64,000 bases of DNA from Ignavibacteriaceae bacterium. GTDB lineage: Bacteria > Bacteroidota > Ignavibacteria > Ignavibacteriales > Ignavibacteriaceae. The stretch spans positions 1,529 to 65,528 of the forward strand of contig JABWCL010000024.1 in NCBI GenBank assembly GCA_013360295.1, given 5' to 3'. Position numbers and translations under genes: made by a program. The notes below the pieces were generated by a model that saw nothing but the letters and a program-made list of their open reading frames with translations, searched no databases and had not been told where the DNA came from. This document shows, piece by piece, positions 39,142 through 48,034 of the stretch; position 1 is the stretch's first letter; the number at the start of each line of letters is the position of its first letter.

Positions 39142-39488
39142 TTGAGACGGACATTATTCTGGATTATCTAACGGGAAACGACTCGTCAGTTATTTCAGAG
39201 CTGATGACGGAAGGAACATGCTTTACATCCGTTTTTAATGTCAGTGAATTATACATGCATTGTCAGACGGAGACAGAACAGAATGCAGTCCGGGATGTGC
39301 TAAATGCCCTTCACATTCTTGGGATACCTGCCAGGTACGGATTATATACCGGCGAATACAGCGGTAAGTTCACCAATGTAAGGGATCAGCTTTTTTGCGT
39401 TCTTGCGGAGAAAGCAAATCTTACGATAGTAACAAAAGATTCGGAAAAGTACCGGGATACCGGATTAAATATTTATCAAAAAGTTTAA
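39114..39488 (+). CDS. PIN-domain protein (VapC-like)
   Basis: 124 aa. Acidic residues fall at PIN-typical positions: LIETDIILDYL (D13), SELY (about E45), RDQLFCVLAEKA (about D91), LTIVTKDSEKY (about D109). Confidence 0.55.
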   Translation: MAEKKSEFLIETDIILDYLTGNDSSVISELMTEGTCFTSVFNVSELYMHCQTETEQNAVRDVLNALHILGIPARYGLYTGEYSGKFTNVRDQLFCVLAEKANLTIVTKDSEKYRDTGLNIYQKV

Positions 39489-39500
39489 CAGGAAAATAAA

Positions 39501-39782
39501 TTGATCTTAGGCAGAATAATCGGTTCAGTGTGGGCTACTCGTAAAGATGACAGCCTCACAGGTTCAAAGCTCCTTATAGTAAAGCAGCTGGATCTCAAGC
39601 TGAATGAAAAGGAGAATTTTGTTGTAGCTGTTGACAGCGTCGGCGCAGGAGACGGTGAGGTGGTGCTTGTTGCTACGGGAAGCTCCGCCAGGCAGACTGC
39701 GATTACGAAAAACAAACCCGTTGACGCGGTAGTGATGGCGATTGTGGATAAATTAGACATCTCCTATCCCTCGAAAAGTTGA
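39501..39782 (+). CDS. EutN/CcmL-family protein (bacterial microcompartment vertex, BMC-P), paralogue 1
   Basis: TTG start, 93 aa. MILGRIIGSVWATRKDDSLTGSKLLIVKQLD...VVAVDSVGAGDGEVVLVATGSSARQ...KPVDAVVMAIVD aligns by eye along its whole length with E. coli EutN. Confidence 0.85.
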   Translation: MILGRIIGSVWATRKDDSLTGSKLLIVKQLDLKLNEKENFVVAVDSVGAGDGEVVLVATGSSARQTAITKNKPVDAVVMAIVDKLDISYPSKS

Positions 39783-39784
39783 GA

Positions 39785-39822
39785 ATTTCGCCTGAAATCG
39801 AATCATTCGGCGAATTTTTTAT
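39785..39822 (+). terminator. Candidate terminator between the two EutN-like genes
   Basis: TTCGCC (39787-39792) pairs with GGCGAA (39809-39814), followed by TTTTTT. The stem is short and the loop is 16 nt. Confidence 0.4.
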
Positions 39823-39825
39823 TCA

Positions 39826-39854
39826 TTGTATCGTAACTATTTTAACTCTATTTT
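39826..39854 (+). promoter_or_regulatory. Candidate promoter for the EutN-like-2 / sigma factor / NlpC-P60 unit
   Basis: TTGTAT (39826-39831), 17-nt spacer, TATTTT (39849-39854), about 29 nt upstream of the ATG at 39883. Confidence 0.3.
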
Positions 39855-39882
39855 TGCAAACTATTTTCTGTAAGAAATTCTA

Positions 39883-40167
39883 ATGTTTTTAGGACAAGTC
39901 ATCGGTAATATCTGGGCTACAAAAAAATATGAAGCCCTGCATAGTTTTAAGATGATGTTCGTCCAGCCGCTGAACAGTGAGTTCGAGAAACTCGGTGAAC
40001 CGATTGTTGCCATAGATACTGTTGGTTCGGGCCCGGGTGAATATATTTTATACATAACAGCCAGCGAGGCAGTAATTCCGCTGCCGGTGGATATGGCGCC
40101 GGTGGATGCTTCGATAGTCGCGGTTGTTGACTCAGTAAATATTGATAAATTAAGGAGAAATAATTAG
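39883..40167 (+). CDS. EutN/CcmL-family protein, divergent paralogue 2
   Basis: 94 aa. [30 protein letters not shown]...[23 protein letters not shown]...[12 protein letters not shown]. Same architecture as paralogue 1, but GSSAR is replaced by TASEA. Confidence 0.75.
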   Translation: MFLGQVIGNIWATKKYEALHSFKMMFVQPLNSEFEKLGEPIVAIDTVGSGPGEYILYITASEAVIPLPVDMAPVDASIVAVVDSVNIDKLRRNN

Positions 40168-41021
40168 TGAGAATCACTAAACAATATACGAACAGGGAAA
40201 GCCAGTCTCTTGACAAATATCTTCAGGAGATCGGAAAAGTCGACCTTCTAACTCCCGATCAGGAAATTGAACTGGCGATCAGGATAAAGAAAGGGGATCA
40301 GACTGCGCTGGACGCACTGACCAAGGCAAATCTCCGCTTTGTGGTCAGCGTTGCCAAGCAGTATCAGAACCAGGGGCTGTCGCTTGGTGATTTGATCAAT
40401 GAAGGAAACCTCGGACTAATCAAGGCTGCAAAGCGATTTGATGAGACCAGAGGTTTTAAGTTCATCTCCTATGCAGTTTGGTGGATCAGACAGTCCATTC
40501 TTCAGGCTTTAGCTGAGCAGTCGAGAATAGTAAGGCTTCCACTTAACAGAGTTGGCGCGTTAAATAAAATCGGTAAAGCGTACAGTAACCTTGAACAGGA
40601 ATACGAACGCGAACCGAGCGCACAGGAACTCGCGCACGAGCTCGATATGGATGAGAATGAAGTAGCCGATACTCTGAAAATCTCCGGACGTCACGTCTCT
40701 ATGGACGCGCCTTTCGCGCAGGGTGAAGATAACAGGCTGCTTGATGTTCTTTCCAACGACCAGCAGCCATCACCGGATACAACACTGATGATCGAGTCGC
40801 TAAAGATGGAAATTGAACGCGCTCTTTCAACCCTGACCGAGAGAGAGGCTGAAGTTATAAGGCTTTACTTCGGACTGAATAAAGAGCATTCACTCACTCT
40901 TGAGGAGATTGGGGAGAGATTCAACCTGACCCGGGAGAGAGTGAGGCAAATCAAAGAGAAAGCGATCCGCAGGCTTCGCCACGCCTCCAGAAGTAAAAAC
41001 CTGAGAGCCTACCTGGGATAG
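40167..41021 (+). CDS. rpoD: RNA polymerase sigma-70 family factor, short primary-type (Bacteroidetes sigma-A-like, no region 1.1)
   Basis: The GTG start overlaps the upstream stop (TAGTG), with AAGGAG 10 nt upstream. N-terminus [23 protein letters not shown]. Region 2 is [39 protein letters not shown]...[13 protein letters not shown]. Region 4 is [29 protein letters not shown]. Confidence 0.85.
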   Translation: MRITKQYTNRESQSLDKYLQEIGKVDLLTPDQEIELAIRIKKGDQTALDALTKANLRFVVSVAKQYQNQGLSLGDLINEGNLGLIKAAKRFDETRGFKFISYAVWWIRQSILQALAEQSRIVRLPLNRVGALNKIGKAYSNLEQEYEREPSAQELAHELDMDENEVADTLKISGRHVSMDAPFAQGEDNRLLDVLSNDQQPSPDTTLMIESLKMEIERALSTLTEREAEVIRLYFGLNKEHSLTLEEIGERFNLTRERVRQIKEKAIRRLRHASRSKNLRAYLG

Positions 41022-41025
41022 CCTG

Positions 41026-41787
41026 TTGAAATTTGTATGTGAAATATTTGGCGGGCTCAGATCAGGAGCCCGTTTTAATTTAGCTGCTCTTATTCTTTTA
41101 TCCGCGCCGCTTTTTATCGCGCTTACCGGCTGCGCTCCCGTTACCTCAACCGCCCGCTACGGAGAAAAACCCAAAAGCGAACCCAGAAAAGAAACCGTAA
41201 CAGAACGTTATAAATCCCCCGACACAACTACTGTAAAACCGTCATTCGAAAACCCGGACCTGATTGACGAAGAGTCCGATACAGAGGACTATATCCCCTC
41301 CTCACAACGTATAAAAATCGAACAGGTGCTCGCGCAGTATGATACTTTGAAAAAGTACAAGTTCAGTGATCCCGCTCAGGCAAATTTTCTGGACAATATA
41401 TTTATGCAGATTATCAAATGGTATGAGACACCCTATAAGTATGGAGGCACCTCAACTAAGGGAATTGACTGTTCGGCATTTACACAGACGGTATACAAAA
41501 GCGCCTTCAATATTTCGCTTCTCAGGAGCGCCAGGGAACAATATACTCAGGGGACTGTGATTGATGATTTTGAAGATCTGGAACCGGGTGACCTGGTGTT
41601 TTTCAATACCCGCAGGCGTGTTCGCCCTGGGCACGTGGGCATTTATATTGGTGACCGTTTATTTGCTCACGCAAGTACGAAACTTGGTGTAACGGTCAGT
41701 TCTCTTGATGAGAATTATTACAATTCACGCTATATGGGTGCCAGAAGGGTCTTCGATCTCGCCACTGGTCAGCGCACCGGAAACTAG
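41026..41787 (+). CDS. NlpC/P60 (C40) family peptidoglycan endopeptidase lipoprotein
   Basis: TTG start. Lipobox-like LTGC. Catalytic region YGGTSTKGIDCSAFTQTVY...GDLVFFNT...PGHVGIYIGDRLFAHAS. Confidence 0.85.
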   Translation: MKFVCEIFGGLRSGARFNLAALILLSAPLFIALTGCAPVTSTARYGEKPKSEPRKETVTERYKSPDTTTVKPSFENPDLIDEESDTEDYIPSSQRIKIEQVLAQYDTLKKYKFSDPAQANFLDNIFMQIIKWYETPYKYGGTSTKGIDCSAFTQTVYKSAFNISLLRSAREQYTQGTVIDDFEDLEPGDLVFFNTRRRVRPGHVGIYIGDRLFAHASTKLGVTVSSLDENYYNSRYMGARRVFDLATGQRTGN

Positions 41788-41801
41788 CTGGCCACAACTG
41801 T

Positions 41802-41873
41802 AACACAGGTTCCCACGGAGCGGGAGAGCTATTTACCTGTGAGCGGTATATCTTAGCACGACTCTAAAAAAAC
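41802..41873 (+). repeat. Conserved intergenic element, copy B (candidate structured RNA or REP-like repeat)
   Basis: aaCACAGGttcccacggagcggg...CCTGTGagcggtatatcttagcacgactctaaaaaaa. Homologous to 3064-3135, with a compensatory change in the outer stem. Confidence 0.5.
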
Positions 41874-41907
41874 ACTCCTACTTTCTAAAGCAAATTTGAG
41901 TAAATTA

Positions 41908-42092
41908 AACCCTAATCGTGCAATAGGGAAAAGATTTTCTTCATAAGTCTTTATTTGAAACCAACTTAACAGAAGAACTATTTCTGCATTTTCTGATGCA
42001 ATACATTAGAAAAATGTGTCTATAAGTTAATGTATTATAATCAGTTACACCTAAAAGTACTTTTTTAATTTTTCTAATGCAAGATTAGGGTT
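41908..42092. repeat. 185-bp segment bounded by imperfect 15-19-bp inverted repeats (candidate invertible segment or MITE)
   Basis: Left arm AACCCTAATCGTGCAATAG starts at 41908. The right arm ends at 42092 and its reverse complement is AACCCTAATCTTGCATTAG. Match is 14/15 in the core and 17/19 when extended. Lies about 210 bp upstream of the T9SS beta-helix gene. Confidence 0.4.
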
Positions 42093-42304
42093 AAAACGTC
42101 ATTGATAACATCCGAAATAATGATTAATTTCCTTGTGAGGATTTTATGGATATCAAATGATGCCAATATTTATGACAGGATCCTGGCCGGATAAGAATAA
42201 CTTTTACACGCGGTATACTTTACCAAATTTCACTTGGAAAGAAAAGCTATTTTCCTATTTTGTTGCGGCAACAGCTATTGTTCATAGCGACGGGAGTATG
42301 ATAT

Positions 42305-44122
42305 ATGTTTATATATAAAATCCCCTCCATACTTTTGACGGTTATACTTCTTCAAATAAATATCTTTCCTGCAAACCGGTATGTTATAGCCGGTAATCCG
42401 ACTCCAATTCCCCCTTATACCAGTTGGGCAACTGCTTGTGATAGCATACAGAAGTGTATAGATATTTCAAATTCCGGAGACACGATCTTTGTTGGCGCCG
42501 GAGTATATAAAGAGAAAGTAGTATTAAAGCCGAGGCTTACGCTTATTGGTTCGGGAACAGACAGTTGTATCGTTGATATTTCTGTTTATCCTGAACCTCC
42601 CACCGGCGGGGACTATCATTATGCTTTTTCTGTAAAGGATTCTTGTACAATTAAAAATTTTTTCATAAAGGGTAAGTATGATGGAATGGATAATGGTTGG
42701 GTGGGTATAGGACGTCCTTCCTGGCCATGGCCAATGTTGAATGTGACTTATTTATTAGTTGAGAATAACCACTTTCATAAACTTGACGTAGCTGCCTCAC
42801 TGAATCACGGAATATTCAGAAAGAACCTGGTGACCAATAGTCTAAATGGTATTTCGTGTAACCCGTTTCCCAGCGCCGGGATTATCATAGTGGATTCAAA
42901 TCGCTTTAGTAATCTTGATTATGCATTATGCATAGGGGACGGATATGTAATTCTGAGGAATAATTTTATACACTTCCGCTCCGGAGGTGTGGTAACAGAA
43001 GTCTTTGAAGCGCATTTATACAGCAGAGTCTGGAACAATATCGCAATCAGAACTGACGGCAGGTTGTGTTATGAAACTTTTAACAGTAACGGTGATTTTA
43101 TAAATAATGTTATCTTTCTAAAATCCAAGTCCGTGTTTAATCCAAAATCAGCTACTGACTTATTCGTAAACAATGTAGTAATAGGGGCAGACAGCGGTGT
43201 TACCATCTCAGGCAGCGCATCAATAGATAATATTAAATACAACAACTTCTGGAAGGTAGGAAAACGATACGCTAATTTTGCAATAATCAACGACTCCACG
43301 AACCTATCGGTTGACCCTATGTTTGTCAAAGAGCACATATCTTGGGATACAGCATTCGGAGATTACCACCTGCAGAAGTTTTCTCTACTGATCGACAAAG
43401 GCGACCCAACAATCCTGGATCCAGACGGAACAAGAAGCGATGTAGGTACTTACGGTGGGCCCCTGGGAGAGATATATGCTTACCGCGATTACGCTCCAAA
43501 ACCTCCTGCCGGTATTATTCTTAGATATGACCCGAAATCAAAGATAGTTGAAGTAAAGTGGGAAAGAGCGACGGAGGCGGACTTCAGCAGGTACAATGTG
43601 TATAAGGATACTCTGTCCGGCTTTATTTCCGATAGCAGCAGAATTCTCCTCAGTACAATAGATACAAGCTTTTCAATGAGTTTAACTGGTTATCGAAAGA
43701 TATTTTTTAATATCCGGGTGGTTGACAAGCAGGGAAATATCAGTGAACCGGGGACGGAGACAGGCATAGTACTTACGGACACACAGCCAGAAAAGATTGT
43801 AACGGAACAATATAAGTTATATCCCAATTATCCAAACCCTTTCTCTTTCAAAACAACAATAGGTTACTATGTCTGCAAGCAAAGCTTTATTAAGATAATG
43901 GTCTATGACATAAAAGGAGAAATGATAGGCTATTTAGAAAACAGTGAGAGGGGAAAAGGCTATTATGAAGCTGAATTTACGGGGGCGAAACCGGCAACAG
44001 AAGAATTTGGTACTGAAACAGATTTTGTCAGCGGGATGTATATCTATAAGATTTTTATTATTGATAGTGAAACCGGAATACCAGTCTTCAGCCAGACCAG
44101 GAAGATGATGAGAGTAAAATAA
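42305..44122 (+). CDS. Secreted right-handed beta-helix repeat protein with an FN3-like module and T9SS C-terminal sorting domain
   Basis: Signal peptide. Repetitive N/G-rich beta-helix-like turns (NNxF/NNVI periodicity). The C-terminus reads YKLYPNYPNPFSFKTTIGY...GMYIYKIFI. Confidence 0.7.
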   Translation: MFIYKIPSILLTVILLQINIFPANRYVIAGNPTPIPPYTSWATACDSIQKCIDISNSGDTIFVGAGVYKEKVVLKPRLTLIGSGTDSCIVDISVYPEPPTGGDYHYAFSVKDSCTIKNFFIKGKYDGMDNGWVGIGRPSWPWPMLNVTYLLVENNHFHKLDVAASLNHGIFRKNLVTNSLNGISCNPFPSAGIIIVDSNRFSNLDYALCIGDGYVILRNNFIHFRSGGVVTEVFEAHLYSRVWNNIAIRTDGRLCYETFNSNGDFINNVIFLKSKSVFNPKSATDLFVNNVVIGADSGVTISGSASIDNIKYNNFWKVGKRYANFAIINDSTNLSVDPMFVKEHISWDTAFGDYHLQKFSLLIDKGDPTILDPDGTRSDVGTYGGPLGEIYAYRDYAPKPPAGIILRYDPKSKIVEVKWERATEADFSRYNVYKDTLSGFISDSSRILLSTIDTSFSMSLTGYRKIFFNIRVVDKQGNISEPGTETGIVLTDTQPEKIVTEQYKLYPNYPNPFSFKTTIGYYVCKQSFIKIMVYDIKGEMIGYLENSERGKGYYEAEFTGAKPATEEFGTETDFVSGMYIYKIFIIDSETGIPVFSQTRKMMRVK

Positions 44123-44177
44123 TTGATCCTTTAATAATAAAGATCCTAAAAGCAGTAGGTCCCTGCATAACAATTAA

Positions 44178-44211
44178 TAAAAAAAAGCGGAGTTTTTATG
44201 CTCCGCTTTTC
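44178..44211. terminator. Bidirectional intrinsic terminator between convergent genes
   Basis: AAAAAAAA-AGCGGAG-tttttatg-CTCCGCT-TTTT. The A-tract and T-tract flank a 7-bp GC-rich stem. Confidence 0.8.
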
Positions 44212-44229
44212 AGTTTAGTTAATGGCTTG

Positions 44230-47200
44230 TTAACTGCAACCTGTGGTTGCGCCGCAGTTCAGGCACTTGAGACACGTTGCGTTTCGTACCATTTTGAAGC
44301 TGTGGCATTCGGGGCAAACGTCACCGGTGTAACCGTATTCACGTGCTTGTTTTACCTTCTGCTTCAGAGTAGCCGACTCAGCCGAGATTGCGAGCGGTTT
44401 CGCGCCGTTGTTCTCAACGGTGTCAACGCCAATGAACTGGTCTCCGCGCTGTTCCACAAACTTTTCGCTTACGATCTCCTCATCTTCAAAATCAGGTTCG
44501 AATTTTTTGCTTGTGGTTTTCGCGAGCAAGGCATCATCCTCATCCACGTGGGAGAGGTCTTTTCTGCCAAGATAATTTACAGCAAGCTCTCTGAATATGT
44601 AGTCAATTACGGAGGTTGCCATCTTAATCCGGGCGTTTCCTGTTACCACGCCGCTCGGATCGAATCTGGTGAACACGAAGGCATCAACAAATTCCTCAAG
44701 CGGGACTCCGTGCTGAAGCCCGAGTGAAATGGATATCGCGAACGTATTAAGAAGGCTTCTTACAGTAGCACCTTCACGGTGCATATCTATGAATATTTCT
44801 CCCAACTGTCCGTTGTCATACTCCCCGGTACGGATATAAACGGACTGTCCGTTTATCTTTGCTTTCTGAGTATAACCGTTTCTGCGGTCCGGTAAACGGC
44901 GGCGTTTGGCAATGTACCTGTGCACGATCCTCTCGGCAACTTTTACGATATCGTTCTTATCCCTCTCCTCAAGAATCGCTTCAAGTTCCTGCTCGGAAGT
45001 AGTATTAAGCGGCTGCGAGAGTTTGGAGCCGTCGCGATAGATCGCGTTAGCTTTTATTCCCAGGTGCCAGGAGAGCATATATGCGTCTTTCACATCTTCA
45101 ACAGTAGCCTGGTTAGGGAGATTGATTGTCTTTGAAATAGCGCCTGAAATAAAAGGCTGTGCCGACGCCATCATTTTGATGTGTGCAGTCGGGCGGATAA
45201 ACCGTGTTCCTTTCTTTCCGCATTTGTTAGCGCAGTCAAAAACGGGGTAATGCTCGTGCTTAAGATAAGGGGAATTTTCCACAGTCATAGTACCGCAGAT
45301 AAAATCATTCGCGTGAGCGATCTCCTGTTTGGAGAAACCTAATCTCTTGAGCAGATCAAATTCGAAAGAATCAATTTCTTCATTTGTAAATCCGAGTTTT
45401 CCTGTAAGAATATCAACAGGAATTGTGAATTTATTAAACGCGAAGCCGATCTCGAAAACCTGCGGCATCATCTTATCAATATTGTTCAGCACATCTTCCG
45501 GAATGCCCTTCGCGATCAGGGATTCGAAATTAATATAAGGCGCTCCCTTGAGTGTACCGCTTCCTTTTGCATAACGGATGATGGATGTGATCTCATCATC
45601 GTTATAACCGAGATGCTGAAGCGCGGGAGGTATTGATTCGTTAATAATCTTAAAGTAACCGCCGCCGGCGAGTTTCTTGAATTTGACCAGTGCATAGTCC
45701 GGCTCAATACCTGTAGTATCGCAGTCCATCACAAGTCCGATTGTACCTGTGGGAGCAATAACTGTGACCTGTGCGTTCCTGAATCCGTATTTTTCACCGA
45801 GCTCAAGCGCTTCGTCGGAACATTTCTGCGCAGCTATGAGAAGATCCGTTGGGCAGTGCTCCGCATCCAGGCCGACCGGTTTGACGGTTAATCCCTGGTA
45901 TTCGCTCGTAGGAGAATTATACGCGGCGAGACGGTGATTGCGGATGACGCGCAGCATATTATCCTTATTTGCTTCGTATTTAGGGAATGGGCCGAATTCC
46001 TTCGCCATTTCCGCGGAGGTTGAGTAGGAAGTCATATGCATTATTGCTGACACAGCGCCGCAAATCGCGAAGCCTTCAGGACTGTCATAAGGAATACCCT
46101 GAACCATCAGTAGGGAACCAAGATTCGCGAAACCGAGTCCGAGAGTTCTGTACTCATAACTGAGTTGAGCGATTTCACGGCTTGGGAATTGCGCCATCAG
46201 CACGCTGGTTTCAAGAATCATTGTCCAGATACGTGACGCGTGAATATATTTTTTTATCTCAAACTTGTTTTCAGCGTTATTGTAAAACTTTAAAAGGTTA
46301 AGGGATGCAAGATTGCACGCAGTGTCATCCAGGAACATATATTCACTGCAAGGATTCGAGGCGCGGATCTCCCCACCGGCCGGGCACGTATGCCACTCGT
46401 TGATGGTGGAGTGAAACTGAATTCCGGGATCTGCAGAAGTCCAGGCAGCATAAGCAATATCTTCCCAGAGATCCTTTGCCTTAATTGTCTTTACCGGTTT
46501 GGGAGCCCTGTTTTCCTTTTTTGCCCTTCTTTTTTCAGTACGGTTATAAAGGAACCAGTCTCCACCGGACTCAACTGCATTCATAAACTCATTTGTAACC
46601 CGGATTGAGTTATTGGAGTTTTGTCCTGAAACAGTAGCGTAAGCCTCAGAAGTCCATTCAGAATCGTAAATCGGGAATTCGATCGATTTATATCCGAGCC
46701 TTGCAAGCTGGATGACCCTGTCGATGTAATTCTGGGAGATGAGCGCCTTGCGCGCCTGAATAATTGCTTTCTGAAGTTTCAGGTTTGAACGGGGATTGAA
46801 CCTGTCATTTTCAGGATGTTCCGCGTAACAGGCTTTCATTATCTCATTCAGGTGATGATTATTCAGTTTGGAACCGGTAACGAGTGATGCGACTTTTTGT
46901 TCTTCAATAACTTTCCAGTTGATGAAGGCTTCGATATCAGGGTGGTCGAGATCGAGGCAAACCATTTTGGCTGCGCGCCGTGTAGTGCCGCCGGATTTGA
47001 TCGCACCGGCTGATCTGTCGCCGATCCTCAGGAACGACATAAGCCCGGAAGATTTACCGCCACCGCTTAAACTTTCGTTTTCGCCTCGAATATCGGAAAA
47101 GTTTGTGCCGGTGCCAGAACCATATTTAAAGAGGCGTGCTTCCCTTACCCAGAGATCCATAATACCGCCCTCATTAACGAGGTCGTCTGAAATTGACTGG

Positions 47201-47802
47201 ATGAAACACGCATGAGGCTGCGGATGTGTGTAAGCATCGGAGGACTTGGTTAACTCACCAGACTGGTAATCAACATAATAATGCCCCTGTGAAGGGCCGG
47301 TAATTCCATAAGCCCAGTTCAGGCCGGTATTGAACCACTGAGGGCTGTTAGGTGCGGCCATCTGGTTAGTCAGCATATACACAGTTTCATCATAAAATGC
47401 CTGAGCATCTTCTTCAGAGGTGAAGTATTTTCCTTTCCACGCCCAGTAGGCCCAGCAACCTGCAAGACGGTGAAACACCTGACGTGAATCGTTTTCTCCC
47501 GAATAACGTTCTTCCGCAGGTAATTTTTCCAGTTTTTTCATATCAGGTTCAGAAGCCTGCAGCCACTCCGGCACTCCTTCTTCTTTAACCTTCTTCAAAT
47601 GTTTTGGTATCCCGGCTTTTCTGAAATATTTCTGCGCGAGAATATCAACCGCGACCTGTGACCAGGTGGAAGGAACCATTACGTTTTGCATCGAAAAGAT
47701 AACCGATCCGTCAGGATTTCTTATCTCTGATGAACGTGCTTCGAAGGTAAAATGCGAAAAAGGAGATTGTTGTTTTTGAGTAAAAAGTCTCTCAATCTTC
47801 AT
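44230..47802 (-). CDS. nrdJ: Class II (adenosylcobalamin-dependent) ribonucleotide reductase, long form with a C-terminal Cys-rich zinc-finger tail
   Basis: 1190 aa. N-terminus RLFT...[17 protein letters not shown]...[22 protein letters not shown]. Active-site region [22 protein letters not shown]-terminus CPECHSF...[14 protein letters not shown]. Confidence 0.92.
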   Translation of the reverse strand: MKIERLFTQKQQSPFSHFTFEARSSEIRNPDGSVIFSMQNVMVPSTWSQVAVDILAQKYFRKAGIPKHLKKVKEEGVPEWLQASEPDMKKLEKLPAEERYSGENDSRQVFHRLAGCWAYWAWKGKYFTSEEDAQAFYDETVYMLTNQMAAPNSPQWFNTGLNWAYGITGPSQGHYYVDYQSGELTKSSDAYTHPQPHACFIQSISDDLVNEGGIMDLWVREARLFKYGSGTGTNFSDIRGENESLSGGGKSSGLMSFLRIGDRSAGAIKSGGTTRRAAKMVCLDLDHPDIEAFINWKVIEEQKVASLVTGSKLNNHHLNEIMKACYAEHPENDRFNPRSNLKLQKAIIQARKALISQNYIDRVIQLARLGYKSIEFPIYDSEWTSEAYATVSGQNSNNSIRVTNEFMNAVESGGDWFLYNRTEKRRAKKENRAPKPVKTIKAKDLWEDIAYAAWTSADPGIQFHSTINEWHTCPAGGEIRASNPCSEYMFLDDTACNLASLNLLKFYNNAENKFEIKKYIHASRIWTMILETSVLMAQFPSREIAQLSYEYRTLGLGFANLGSLLMVQGIPYDSPEGFAICGAVSAIMHMTSYSTSAEMAKEFGPFPKYEANKDNMLRVIRNHRLAAYNSPTSEYQGLTVKPVGLDAEHCPTDLLIAAQKCSDEALELGEKYGFRNAQVTVIAPTGTIGLVMDCDTTGIEPDYALVKFKKLAGGGYFKIINESIPPALQHLGYNDDEITSIIRYAKGSGTLKGAPYINFESLIAKGIPEDVLNNIDKMMPQVFEIGFAFNKFTIPVDILTGKLGFTNEEIDSFEFDLLKRLGFSKQEIAHANDFICGTMTVENSPYLKHEHYPVFDCANKCGKKGTRFIRPTAHIKMMASAQPFISGAISKTINLPNQATVEDVKDAYMLSWHLGIKANAIYRDGSKLSQPLNTTSEQELEAILEERDKNDIVKVAERIVHRYIAKRRRLPDRRNGYTQKAKINGQSVYIRTGEYDNGQLGEIFIDMHREGATVRSLLNTFAISISLGLQHGVPLEEFVDAFVFTRFDPSGVVTGNARIKMATSVIDYIFRELAVNYLGRKDLSHVDEDDALLAKTTSKKFEPDFEDEEIVSEKFVEQRGDQFIGVDTVENNGAKPLAISAESATLKQKVKQAREYGYTGDVCPECHSFKMVRNATCLKCLNCGATTGCS

Positions 47803-48034
47803 GTAAATTTAGTCTGAATTTAAAGTTTTTAGTGATTTATTTTCGTAAGTAAGTAAAACAATAATATAAACTAAAATAGTAGCATCAAAATTATTTTTAA
47901 AAAAAGTTTTTTTACCGTTTAACATTTTTTTTCTTATGTTCAAACCATTTTTCCGGTATCAGAAAAAAATTTTTTCTAAATTATTTGTTATTTATCAAAA
48001 TTGTTTTATTAACGTATCAGAAAAGGAAAATGTG

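Noticed and set aside
44227-47215. Plus-strand ORFs (44227-44727, 166 aa; 46868-47215, 115 aa; and others) antisense to nrdJ
   Set aside because: They lie entirely inside the 1190-aa class II RNR gene on the opposite strand. The translations show no domain-like features.
44230-47802. Possible intein in the unusually long NrdJ
   Set aside because: The active-site stretch [21 protein letters not shown] and the flanking conserved blocks are contiguous. No Cys/Ser...His-Asn splice-junction block or homing-endonuclease-like insert is visible. The length fits the known long (about 1200 aa) class II RNR subgroup with a C-terminal zinc-finger tail.
47803-48034. Cobalamin riboswitch or NrdR box upstream of nrdJ (divergent region shared with the LiaF-like gene)
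   Set aside because: The region is extremely AT-rich. It has no B12-box (GCCACTG-like) or GC-rich helices. The best NrdR-like candidates (AACAATAATATAAAC; ACTAAAATAGT) are not 16-bp palindromes and have the wrong arm spacing. This cannot be excluded without a position-weight-matrix scan.
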